From positions 7,936,001-8,000,000 of the forward strand of contig OZ316775.1 in NCBI GenBank assembly GCA_973851085.1: a stretch of 64,000 bases of DNA. The letters run 5' to 3'. Positions 48,293-59,600 of this stretch are shown one piece after another. The stretch is from Ptychomitrium polyphyllum. Taxonomy: Eukaryota. Numbering within the stretch: position 1 is the stretch's first letter; each line of letters starts with the position of its first letter. The translations under genes and the position numbers were made by a program. The notes under the pieces were generated by a model. The model did no database searches, had not been told where the DNA came from, and worked only from the letters and a program-made list of their open reading frames with translations.

Positions 48293-49599
48293 CTTGGATT
48301 AAGGCCTTGACCCTAAGTATCACCGTCCCGGATGGCGCAGCTGGCTCCAAAGGCAATGCGGCACCTCAAAGGAAGCTAGACTTGCTTATGAACTTATGTA
48401 TTTCAAACCTCTAGTTGAAGGAGTGACTTAGCTACTGAGCTCGGAATGCCAAAGAATGTTACGAGAATGAAGGAGGAAGTCGATGAAGAAATGGACATTC
48501 TAAGAACATAATTTATAGTAGCAGCATCAACGGGACGCGGAGGAGCCTGACATGGTAGCACCAATGTGCTCCCTCAGTCACCTCGAAGCCGTTGAGTCGA
48601 AACCGTTCACTCTATATTTGCTAAGAACCCGCTCAAAAGTGGGATCTGAGCACAAGTGGAGGAAGGAAAGTTTCTGGTTCTGAAGCCTACTACATGGAAT
48701 CGAAGCGACTCGAGGAGCCCTTCATCCAGTAATAGTTAATACGGTACTTCTGAAGGAAACGGTAATCTTAGAAGACCGTGCGAGGTCTAGGCACTGGAGC
48801 ATGTTTTTCGTGCATGGCTTTTTGCGATCTAGGCAGGCTGGTAGCTGATTCTAGCTCCTTCGTAAAATTCTAGTATCTTTTAGATCTTTGTTGACCCAGT
48901 CCGAAGGTTCGAAGTCACACCAAGTACTGTTGCATCCTGTACCCTCGGTTTGCCAGCTTGTTCTCTAAGTTGTCGCTCATCTTGCAGGTTCTGTGTAGAG
49001 TAACACCAAGTGCCATCCAGCTGGCCTAGTCATCCCCACTCCCTTTTTTCATCTGAAATGTGTCCATGTTCACATGAAAAAAGGGATACAATCAGTCGTG
49101 GACCTATGGAGGGGTTAGCAGGTCTGTCAGAAGAGGACCATAATCCACCTGGGAGATTAAAACCCTTTGTGCAGAAAACGCCATTAACACACGAAATCTC
49201 GCTGAACTCGGTAGCTTACTCTAATTATCTTATTTCACTAAAGTAGCTAAGGTAATCCAAACGGCATGGAAAATACTGTTCATGTTCTCTTCGGAAAAAC
49301 TTACACCTCACACACCAGATGTGCAGAGAATGGCCGCACGCAGCACATCCGTTGCAAGCTCCTGCTTCTGATAGGAGGGGTATATCCATTGTCGTCACAA
49401 ACATCCGGAAGGATGCTCGTGACAGTCTCGTGCCAGGACAAGTGCCAAGGAAGCTTGAGAGCCCTCCCAAGCATTCACGAAACCACTCTCGACAAGGCTT
49501 GTAAACATGCAGCTAGCTGCGAAGGCAGTGATCATTGGGCTCCCTGATACCTAGCCCGCAACATAGGCATGCACTAGGAAACCCATCGCGCCGAACCAA

Positions 49600-52056
49600 C
49601 TGCCAGTCGGCAAAACCCCCAGATTCGCTTGCCACCAGAAATGCTGAAGCTTCATCCCCTTGTTCTTATCCCAGGTAAGTTCCAAAGGCAATCGAGACTG
49701 TTCTTCGGACAACCCCAGGGACTTCTGCTTACCTCCTAATCGAGTAGTATTGGGCTTATCGTCCAAAGTGATCCTCTACTTAGGCTTAGTTGAATAGTTG
49801 GAAAAATTATCCACTTTCAGTGGCGGCACCTTCCTCCATTGTCATTCCAAAGGGGTCATTCCAGGGGGATATCCATTCGTACTCTTCTCAGCTCAAGACC
49901 TGTCACATCAATTAACGGAGCAGAGTTCCTATGTTACACGTTAGGTTCAGTACGATTGAAGCTGGTGCCCTCGTAAACGCTTCAAAGTTGGAAGGACTGC
50001 TGATTTTGGCCCGCTTGATCCGCTGTTGCCACCAATTCATAGCTCGAGCAAGCTGGATTTTTCGTTAAGCTCCGTTGAGAGGGTACTCCAGCAATTAGTT
50101 CTCCCCTTCTGGAAGTCATTGACCGTTTACCCGCACTGGCACTAAGGTCCTCCGTAGTTTTCCTGTCCCTTCTGTACTCGCTCTACAGAACTATATTTGC
50201 GCAATTTCGTTTCTCATCCTCGTGCTGCCAGACGAATAAAATGAGTCTCCGAGTGTGGATCCCTGCGAGCCAAACAACTCAGCATTCTAAAACGAGCACC
50301 GTGTGCCCATGGAGCCCGCATGGTTGGCCGTTGGAACTCCAGGCCACTGATGACGTTACACCATGCCTCCCACAGTACACACACCCCACCAAAGGTCACA
50401 ACTGCTACCTCGTACTTGGATGGCATACAGTATAAATTGGATATGCGAAGGCCAGGCTCCTCCGGGTTTAAGGCGAAGGGAGCTGATGCGGTGTTTCATC
50501 AACACCTACCAGAAGTCGATCCTGGCATCAAGCCTCTTACGAAATGCTTAGCATGAGTGCTTGTATCTGCACGGCGCGTCCCCAACCCGTGAATCAGCTT
50601 TTACACCTCTTCGTCTCCAACGAGGTTCCCAGCGCCCATGTTACTCTTGTTTGGGGGTCAGAGGATCTGTAGTGCTTTCCACGTCATTCGCAGAGCAACC
50701 TCTTAGATCGACTGCAAATCACCTCGGTGGGGTCTCTTAGACACAGAATCCTTCAGTATTTGTAGGTTGAAGCGAGACAAGCACTCCTGTCACTTTGGTG
50801 ACATGCATCGAGATCGTTCTCGGTCAAGTTATACCAGATGGCCACGCAATCCCAAGTAAACTGTTCCCTCGGACTACAAAACCAGTGTTGCATGAATCGT
50901 TGCTATCCAGCAAACCTTACTGATGTGAAACTCTAGAGATTGGAATATCTTGCTGTAAGGGACACATATTATCCCATGACTATAGGACTTGGTTAAGTCA
51001 GAACCAAGAGGTGGATCTAGAAAAGTCATGTTCATATGTATGAAATTATTAAGAAGACCTCCTTTGGTCCTGCTGCTGCGTGTCACCACAATTGAATTTC
51101 TGCTTGGATGCGAATCACCAATGCACCATGGTGAATAAATTTCTGAATGTTGCATCTATTTAAAGCATGCATTTCCAATCATCATGTTTCCCTTCGAGAA
51201 GTGAAATGAATGGTAAGAAGAGCACCATAAACATGGGGAAACAGCACCTTTGTGTTGAAAAAATGTTGGAAGCCTTATGTTTACTAGAAAGAATGGTGAA
51301 GCTGGGAAAAACTAGACACTTGCGCAAGTTCAGCTGCATTGATAGCCCACAAGTTAAGCTTTGTTTGTTGTCAGTGGACTAAAGAAGGTAGTTGCAGACA
51401 GCACCAATATCTCACAAAATTGTCTCAAAGTCCTAAATTTTCAGCTAAGTAGCACCCAGGAGTGGTACAAGCTGCCAATTCTTGCAAATTCTTGCATCAA
51501 ACAAATAAACTCTACAAAGCTACTCCAAGGGAAAAACTGTAAATCGATTCCCATTGTTCTGTTTCGCTCACTTTATTTGGACACGCTCTCCATTAGCAGA
51601 GCAAAGAATGGTCACAATCATATACATTAATCCATATTATACTGAAGCATACAAGTAGTCTAGTGTTCCAGCCACTTATGGGAATTACTATCCATAGTGA
51701 GAAGTCCAAGGAATTTCAGGCCTGCTACAAACACAGTAATAATCACACGATTTAATGTGCAAGTCTCAATGCAAATCAAAATATAGAAAACTCCTCATTC
51801 CAGGACATTTCAAAGTGGGCTGTTAAAACAAGTCTAGTTATTGTTACAACTACCATCAGAGCACCACCATTACAATCCAACACTACTACATTGCTAAGAA
51901 GGAGAAGATAAATCCAAACAATTTCTTCAATTGTCATTTCCTTGTCACATTCATCTAGATAATATTCATGTGACACACATTGGTGACACACGCTGATACA
52001 ATAGTGATAATTGGATGACACAAAAGTGACTAGAGAATCTGAGCGACCTTGCTATC
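49600..52056 (+). pseudogene. Highly degraded NB-ARC/LRR (NLR-like) relic
   Basis: Broken motifs in NLR order on +: VGKT (~49606, P-loop-like), HGWPLEL (~50320, GLPL-like), GVRG, LQYL*VE, YTRWPRNPK*TVPSD (~50830, resembles LRWLxWxxxPLKxLPS), CMKLLRRP...LGCES (~51035-51120). Many stops and frameshifts. Confidence 0.35.
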
Positions 52057-52998
52057 TTGTGTTGGTCTGTTTTAGGACCTTTTACAGAACCTTCTGAGAT
52101 TTGTATTGCGCTTGAATTCGTCCAAGATCTCTTGTCCTTGACAAGGCTGGAAGTTCTGAAGCTCACGGATTTATCCTGGTCGAGGATCGATGCATGCCAA
52201 CCGAACTTGAGTGGGTGCACTAAGTTACGGGAACTCACTATTTCCTTGCTTTGCAATGAGAAACCTTGGCAGGCATCAGCAGCTTCTGCTGCAGATATCA
52301 GCGAGTGTTATCCTAGATCACTGAAGAAGATTGATTTCTCATGCTACCCTGTGCTTGTAGGAGGCTCACAACCTTTTGGTGCAATGAGCTCACTGATAAA
52401 CTTGCGAGACTTGATTTTGCTTGGCTGTAGGAAGATTGTAGATTTGACAGGATTGTGCGAACTGATTTGTTGGAAGCATCTCAATGTTGGCGCGACAAGG
52501 ATTTCTAAGCTACCTGATGGTTTGTGGAAATTGAAGCAGCTGCAGTTCCTTGGTGTAGGCTACTGCTATAATCTCAAGAGCTTAGTTGGCCTTGCCCATG
52601 CGACAGCCTTGCAGCGTTTGATTGCTTGTGGTTGTAGCAGCCTAGAAGGGCTTTCACCAGATGATTTTATTGGTTTGAAGCGATCGCAGCAACTTAATGT
52701 GTGCGCTTGCATAAAGCTCACAAGCATAGTTGGCATTGTCCATGCGACAGCTCTGCAACAAGTGAATGCATTCTGGTGTGAGAACTTGACGAGGCTGCCA
52801 GATGAGTTCAGCGGCTTGGAGAAGCTAGTGATGCTCGATTTGTCTGATGACAGAAACATATGTGAGCTGCCAAAAGACTACAAGTGGCTTGCAGGACATC
52901 CTGGAAGTGAGGGGATCTCGAAAGTGAGAGTACGAGGATGCTGGGGTTTAATTGAGGGTCTCTTGGAAATGCTACGGGGGCCTGAGTTGTCACGATAA
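52057..52998 (+). CDS. NLR-type leucine-rich-repeat ORF (true 5' end unclear; possibly a gene fragment)
   Basis: 313 open codons of LxxLxLxxCxxLxxLP repeats (LRDLILLGCRKIVDL, LKQLQFLGVGYCYNLKSL, LQRLIACGCSSLEGL, WCENLTRLPDEFSGLEKLVMLDLS). The ORF starts at TTG, not ATG. Confidence 0.7.
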   Translation: MCWSVLGPFTEPSEICIALEFVQDLLSLTRLEVLKLTDLSWSRIDACQPNLSGCTKLRELTISLLCNEKPWQASAASAADISECYPRSLKKIDFSCYPVLVGGSQPFGAMSSLINLRDLILLGCRKIVDLTGLCELICWKHLNVGATRISKLPDGLWKLKQLQFLGVGYCYNLKSLVGLAHATALQRLIACGCSSLEGLSPDDFIGLKRSQQLNVCACIKLTSIVGIVHATALQQVNAFWCENLTRLPDEFSGLEKLVMLDLSDDRNICELPKDYKWLAGHPGSEGISKVRVRGCWGLIEGLLEMLRGPELSR

Positions 52999-53126
52999 GT
53001 GAACCGCAACGAAGGTGAATCCATGCAAGCATGGACTGACGGCATGAAGAATGTCGACGGCGCTGCATATCACTGGCTTAGCGAAAGCAATCAAGCGGAG
53101 AGTCTAGCGAATGTTTCTGGACATAC

Positions 53127-54059
53127 ATGTTGGATGATGACGAGGTGCCTCATGTTGTGACAAGAGCACTCTGTGAACATTTCAGCAGAGGGACCTATCA
53201 TGCATGGTTGCTTGCGGAAGTCACTGACCCGGTACCCCTTTCCGGTAAGTACCACTGGTGGATGGTGGATGCGACAGCACCGTGTAAGTTTGCAGTTGTG
53301 ACAAAGAAGACGTTGCTGGAGCCGTGGAACCAGACCGTTCTTCACTACACCTTAGATCTGATAGTAGCTAGGTATTTTGATGAGGCAGGATGGCGTGCAA
53401 TGATGTGCACATGCATTGGAGTCGGAGAGTTCGAGACCCCGGACGAAGAAAGCAAGATCGATGAGTCTGGATCCGTGAAGGTGGCCGAAGAGCCGTATAC
53501 TGTGGATCCAGATGTCCTGAGAGAACACGTGAAGCCATTGGGAGAGTCAGTGATTTTCCTAGAGCATGATGACAATGAGGCCCGAGACAATGACGAGATA
53601 GATGATATACCGAGTAAGCGTTTGTGGTTGAGAAGGGCGATTGTGGCTGTTCATCAGAAGTGCAAAGAAAAACTTGAGGAAGCAAGTTTGCTGGGCACGG
53701 ATTGTATGCGCAGCAAGGAGGAGAAGAAAGTTGCGGACACTTTCCTGATAGAAATAGAAGCAGCAAGGGGTGAAGAACTCACGAAAGATAGCATACTGGG
53801 GCGACAGAAGCGAGACGCACTTCGGGGAACGTCTGACGAGAGAGAAGCTGAGCGAAAGGCTGCGCGATACTCTGAGCAAGACGTCCTTGAATCAACTATT
53901 AAGAAAGACAGTCTCATATGCTTTAGGGATGTGTTTTCTAACTTCCCATTTGGACAAATGCTTGAAAGCACTCTGGTATCCTGGGAGGATCCATTTGATA
54001 CTTCAAGCACTTGTACCATGTGGACATGGACATGGACATGGTACCATGTGGACACTTGA
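53127..54059 (+). CDS. Uncharacterised 310-aa ORF, family not recognised
   Basis: ATG-initiated 933-bp ORF with coding-like composition, directly followed by AT-rich DNA. Globular-looking N half, charged helical C half. Confidence 0.55.
   Translation: MLDDDEVPHVVTRALCEHFSRGTYHAWLLAEVTDPVPLSGKYHWWMVDATAPCKFAVVTKKTLLEPWNQTVLHYTLDLIVARYFDEAGWRAMMCTCIGVGEFETPDEESKIDESGSVKVAEEPYTVDPDVLREHVKPLGESVIFLEHDDNEARDNDEIDDIPSKRLWLRRAIVAVHQKCKEKLEEASLLGTDCMRSKEEKKVADTFLIEIEAARGEELTKDSILGRQKRDALRGTSDEREAERKAARYSEQDVLESTIKKDSLICFRDVFSNFPFGQMLESTLVSWEDPFDTSSTCTMWTWTWTWYHVDT
54012..54054 (+). repeat. (GGACAT)3 microsatellite flanked by a GTACCATGTGGACA direct repeat
   Basis: tgtaccatgtggacatggacatggacatggtaccatgtggaca; encodes TMWTWTWTWYHVD. 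Confidence 0.8.
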
Positions 54060-57000
54060 ACAAGGGTGCTAGGATTCATCTCTATTTTTAACCTATGATT
54101 TTTGTGGCTCACATGCTTTTATTTTTTTTGCCTTGAATATAAAAAGATTCTTATTTTTAAGAAGATTGTATTATCTGTAGTTTCAAATTTTAAAGTTTTT
54201 CATAGAAAATTGTGGATTTATGTTTAATGTAATAACATGATTATAAATAATATAAAAAACATTTTTTGTAACCCAATTATCAAAGGGCCAAAATTTGGAC
54301 TATTTTTAGTTTTGTGCGTATTTTTCATTATTGAAGTGCTATAATTTTTTTACAAAAATCTATGTATACATGCAATAAGTTAGATTTGTCGAAGTTATAT
54401 TTTGGTAGGAACCTTTTTAAGTGAGATTATAAAGGTAGTTTTAGTTTTTCTTTAGTTTAATTGTATTTGTCACATGCACTAAAGGTGAGCATTATAAAAC
54501 ATACTCCATTTTTCCACTCCTATGAGAAAAAAAGAACTCCTCTCATCAATCAAAAATACAAAAAACAAAAGTTTGATGTTTTTATTCAAAATATTTGAAC
54601 ATATTCAAAACATTAAATCAAAAATACAAAATAAAATTGTAACTCAAATAACCTAAGTTTAAAATTGTAGCAAATAAAAGAGTGTTTTAAATGTTTATTC
54701 AACTTTTATATTAAACAAAAATAATTTTTGTATGTATGATTTTATTTTCTTGATTCATTAAAAATTCAACATATTAAAGCCATGTATACATATATTTGTA
54801 TATAAGTATGTATGAATGCTTTTTGGCTTCTTATTGCTTAATATTTATGAATAAAAGTGAAGTTATGAAAAAATATATTTAATTTATAATCTATGTACAA
54901 AACGTTTTATTTAAAAAAAAGGTAGTATTTAAGTCTTTTTTTCAAAATCATCTATAATTTTTTTTATAATTGAATATAATTTATTTGGAATTTCTTTCAT
55001 TTATTTAAAAGACTCAATAATTGGTTAGATAAGTTTTTAAAAAAAAGACTTAATTCTTTTTTAAAAAATTGGATTTTTGACTTTAATTGATTCTTTACTA
55101 AGATTTATTTGTATATAAAATCCAAATTTTTAATAACTTAAAAGAACAATTTTGAACTTGTATTTGTTTAAAAGTTCTTTGATTTAAAATTAAATTTTAT
55201 ACCAATAGGGTTTTTTCAATCATAATTATCTTCAACCTTTAAATATTAAAACATTCAAATTTGAATATTAATTCTTTTATTCTAACTAAATTAGAAAAAA
55301 ACATGGTTTAATTAGAATTTTATTTATTGTTATTTTTTAATTCTAATTAACATTAATGTTACATTGATGGTTCAAAAAAATTATTAATATTAATCAAATT
55401 GAAATATATATATAGTTGCACTAATTGTCATATGCGCATTATGTAACAAGCTTTGATGCTTTGATACATTAACGGCTAGGATTGTAATAAATATTGGAAT
55501 CCTATTCATTGTTATATAATGTGCTAATTCCTTATCAAATTATTGAAGCTTTCTTTGGCACCTCCTCCTCCCTTTTTTCTTTGTACTCTTCTTCCTCCTT
55601 GACTTCTTACTCCTCTTGCCCCTCTTATGTATCTTTTGCTCTCTTTATTCTGCTCCCCCTCTTCTTTCATTTTAAATTTGCTCAAGTTGTGTTTTATGCT
55701 CTTTTGCTTTGCATCTTTCCAACAACAAAGATTTTAGATGGTATGCTTGTGCATTTTGCAATAAAAGACGGTTTTACAAGCTTTAGAGGACTGCTAGAAT
55801 TTAAAGAAAAGTTTTGCAAATGGAATTGTATACTTGCAAGTGGAGGTTACATACTCCTAAGGCAATAAGTGTTATAGACAAGATAATGATAATGTGAGGC
55901 TTTAGAACTTCAGGATGTAAAATTAGGTATTTTTAAGATAAATTAGAAGCAAAGAACTATAATAAGGTATAAAAATAGAATTAGAAAGTTTAAGATAAAT
56001 TAATAAGAAATATATTATTGAAACTATAGATTTCTTTAGCCTCAATTCATATATATATTAGAATTATAAGCCTTTAAAGCTTCTTGAAAAACTTTCAATA
56101 TAATATTTTATACTCAAGCAACCTCTGATTTCTTCATTGGAAGTTTCTTTAACCAAAGTAATTTCTTTGGAAACTTCATCGGCCTTTATAAACCTTTTAA
56201 ATACCTTTCTAGAAGCTTCTAATATGTATATTTGTGAAATCACCTCTTTTTTTAGTTTTGAGGGCTCTAAAGAGTACATTGTAACAAGTGCTCAGAGTTG
56301 TAACAATTCAAAAATCTGTTGCATGGTATCCACAACATACTCTAATTGCCTTTTACAATTCAAATGACTCTTAGGTCTTTGCAACCATTATTACTAACCA
56401 ACACTTCTTAAAGATGATCTATCTTAGAAATAATGCTACATACAATTGGAGATTTGGATATCACTCTTCCTTTCTTATACTTGTCTACGAAGGAAAAACT
56501 TCTCTGTGAAGCTAACAACTACTGATGACACATCATTACTGACCTAGTTTCTGAGGATATCTTTGATGAAATTTGCGTACCTTCTCAGATGCATTTGTTA
56601 CATTTGTTGAAGGTTTCCATGTTTGGTCATTGATGCGATATCCTTGTTAATGTATAAGGTACTCTACACATCCGTTCTTGATGCGTGAATCTAAGATCTC
56701 TTCTACTTCATATTCCATTTCATTATTGATTTCCAGCGGAGGAGGCGGAGGAAAATTCTCTCAAGTATAAATGACTTATTATAGGTTTCCAATAATAATA
56801 TCTGGAACATTGGATGAACTTGCATGCTTGGTGGTAACTTTAGGTAATAACTGACCGAATTTATCTGGTTGCCGATTTCAAATGGTTCCAGCCTTTGATA
56901 GTCTAACTTCTTCATTGGTCTTTTTGTTTGTATATTTTATCAAAAGAGCCATACATTATCTCCAACCTTGAACTTTTGATGGTTCTTCCAATGACGATCT

Positions 57001-57307
57001 GCATAAGATTTGTAATGATCTTGAGCTTGTTGTATTTGGAAAGCAATTTCTTGATGGATTTTAAGAAGTTGAGTTGCAAAATCCTATGCTGCAGGACTTC
57101 TAACATGCTTCATTTGAAATGGATCTTTTTGAGGATAATGACCATAATTTGTAAAGAATGAACTTTGAATTGTTGAAAAATGCATCGTATTGTTGTAAAC
57201 AAACTCTACCAAAAGTAAGAAGTCCATTCGATTGTCTTGCTATTAATTTAAGCTACAACAGAGGTACTGTTCCAAAATTAAATTTACACGTTTGGTTTGA
57301 CCATCAG

Positions 57308-59600
57308 TGTTGCAACCCTTGTAATGCACCTTAGCAAGCGTCATGCGCGTCAACCTTGTACACCCCCACATGCACATGGTTAACCCTCATTCTCACTTTT
57401 CAAGTCTTTCTACCATTTCTTTTAGGACACCCAATTTATTAGTAGCCAATGGTTAGGTGCGGACTTCCATTCATATCCAAGGCCTCCTTGGTGTTACTTC
57501 CATTCCACACGGCCTAACCGCACTTAGTGGTATCTCCTCACTACCACTTATGATCCCCATGTGATCCTAAGATCACTCTGGGCCATCATGGTGCCGGCGT
57601 GAAGACACCACCCCAACTTAGTGGTAACAAGCGTAATCTTTTGAACGTGTTAGTTCCCTCCATGAAATCGGCCATCCATCGGCTTACAATGGTGTAGGAG
57701 TCCTCATGGTGAAATCCCAACACTAGCTCCACCAATTGAGACTCACTCTTTGTTTCTACCGGGACACTAGGGGTGTCGCGTACCTCTCCTTGAGGAGTGA
57801 CTGTAGCACTAAGGGCACAAGGGAGACCTCGGAGTGACGTCCGGGATTTGTGGCGCAGATAGTGAGGGGAACCGAGTGGGCCTAGTGTGGGAAGGACCCC
57901 TAGGGGGAGAAACATCCTTGCCCATGTAGACCAAGGGTCACAAGGAATAAATTGTGGGCATTGGAAGAATCACAAAGAGTTGAATTTAGAATGCTAAAGA
58001 TTGCCCAAATCGGACAAGGGAGCTAAAAGTTATGGCATCCCAAAGTTGGGGTTGCCAAGGGGCTGTTCTGGACTGTGGCAGCCCTACACAGTGACTGTAC
58101 TGGACTGGGACAGTCTAGGGAGGGACTTCCCTGGAGTCCCAAACCTTAGGAGAGGCGTATCTCCCACAATATTAACTCAAATTGGACGTTTGAAGATTCT
58201 ATCGGCATCTACGCAAAGAGTAGATGACGATAGAATGGTTGCTTGATACATTCGGACACCAAATGAGGAAGATATGGCTCTCCAAAGGTCCACTAGGAGT
58301 CCCGGAGGCTTCCAACAGCTAAGTCCCAAGGGAGATCGGGTGGTCTTCCAAAACTTTAGGTGTGTCGGGGTTCAGCTAGCTATAGAGGGCTAGGAGGCCT
58401 GCCAAATTCCACAGAGAGTACTATAAGGGAGGGTTGGTCCCCCTCCTCACTTTCCTAGTGTCCTGGTAGAGACCAAGAGTGAGTCCCGGTTGGTGGAGCT
58501 AGTGTTGGGACTTCACCGCGGGGACTCTCACACCATTGTGAGCCGGTGGACGGCCGGTTTCACGGAGGGAACTAGCACGTTCAAAAAGGTATGCTTGTTA
58601 CCACTAAGTTGAGGTGGTGTCTTCACGCCAGCATCATGATGGCCTGGGGTGATCTTAGGATCACATGGAGATCATGAGTGGTGGTGAGGAGATACCACTA
58701 AGTGCGGTTAGGCCGTGTGGAATGGGAGTAATACCAAGAAGGCCTTGGACATGAATGGAAGTCCGCATTTAACCATTGGCTATTAATAAATTGGGTGTTA
58801 TAAGAAAAAGAGTAGAAAGACTTGGAAAGTGAGAATGGGGGTTAACCATGTGCATATGGGGGTGTACAGGGTTGATGCATATAATGCTTGCTAAGGTGCA
58901 TTACAACGATTGCAATAAGGGGAGTGGGGAGGGAGACCAGCCCTCCCTTATAGTACTCTTTGTGGAATTTGGCAGGCCCCCTGGCCCTCTGTAGCTAGCT
59001 GAACCCCGACACACCTAAAGTTTTAGAAGACCACCCAATCTCCCTTGGGACTTAGCCGCTGGAAACCTCCGGGACTCCTAGCGGACCTTTAAGGAGCCAT
59101 ATCTTCCTCATTCGGTGCCCAAATGTATCGAGCGACCACTCTATCGTCATCTACTCTTTGCGTAAATGCCGAAAGACTCTTTAAACGTCCAATTTGAGTT
59201 AGTATTGTGGAAAATACGCCTTTCCCAAGGTTCGGGACTCCCGAGGAGTCCCTCCCTGGACTGTCCCACTCCAATACAGTCATTGTGTTGGGCTGCCACA
59301 GTCCAGAACAGCCCCTTGGCAACCCCAACTTTGGGATGCCATAACTTTTAGCTCCCTTGTCCGATTTGGGCAATCTTTAGCATTTTAGAATCAACTCTTC
59401 GTGATTCATCCAATGCCCACAATTTATCCCTTGTGGTCCTTGGTCTACATGGGCAAGGATGTTTCTCCCTCTACGGGTCCTTCCCACACTAGGCCTATTC
59501 GGTTCCCCTCACTATCGGCGCCACAAGTCCCGGACGTCACTCCAGGGTCTCCCTTGTGCCCTTAGTGTTGCAGGCACTCCTCAAGAAGAGGTGCGCGACA
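57308..59600 (-). mobile_element. Outer solo LTR (1144 bp once the insert and one TSD copy are removed), opposite orientation to the inner copy
   Basis: Termini on minus TGTCGCG...GTTGCAACA; flanks ATCAG (57303-57307) / ATCAA (59601-59605) form a 5-bp TSD with 1 mismatch. Host integrase sequence continues on both sides. Confidence 0.9.
57774..58917 (+). mobile_element. Inner solo LTR (1144 bp) of the same family
   Basis: Starts TGTCGCG, ends ATTGCAATA (terminal CA decayed to TA); perfect TSD AGGGG at 57769-57773 and 58918-58922; TATA-like CTATAAG at 58421-58427; reverse-complement similar to both halves of the outer LTR. Confidence 0.92.

Noticed and set aside
55440..56460. Possible 3' LTR of the chromovirus or another LTR remnant
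   Set aside because: Several TGTAA/TTACA termini and a PPT-like tract near 56460-56480 are present, but no matching second LTR or TSD is visible, so boundaries cannot be supported.
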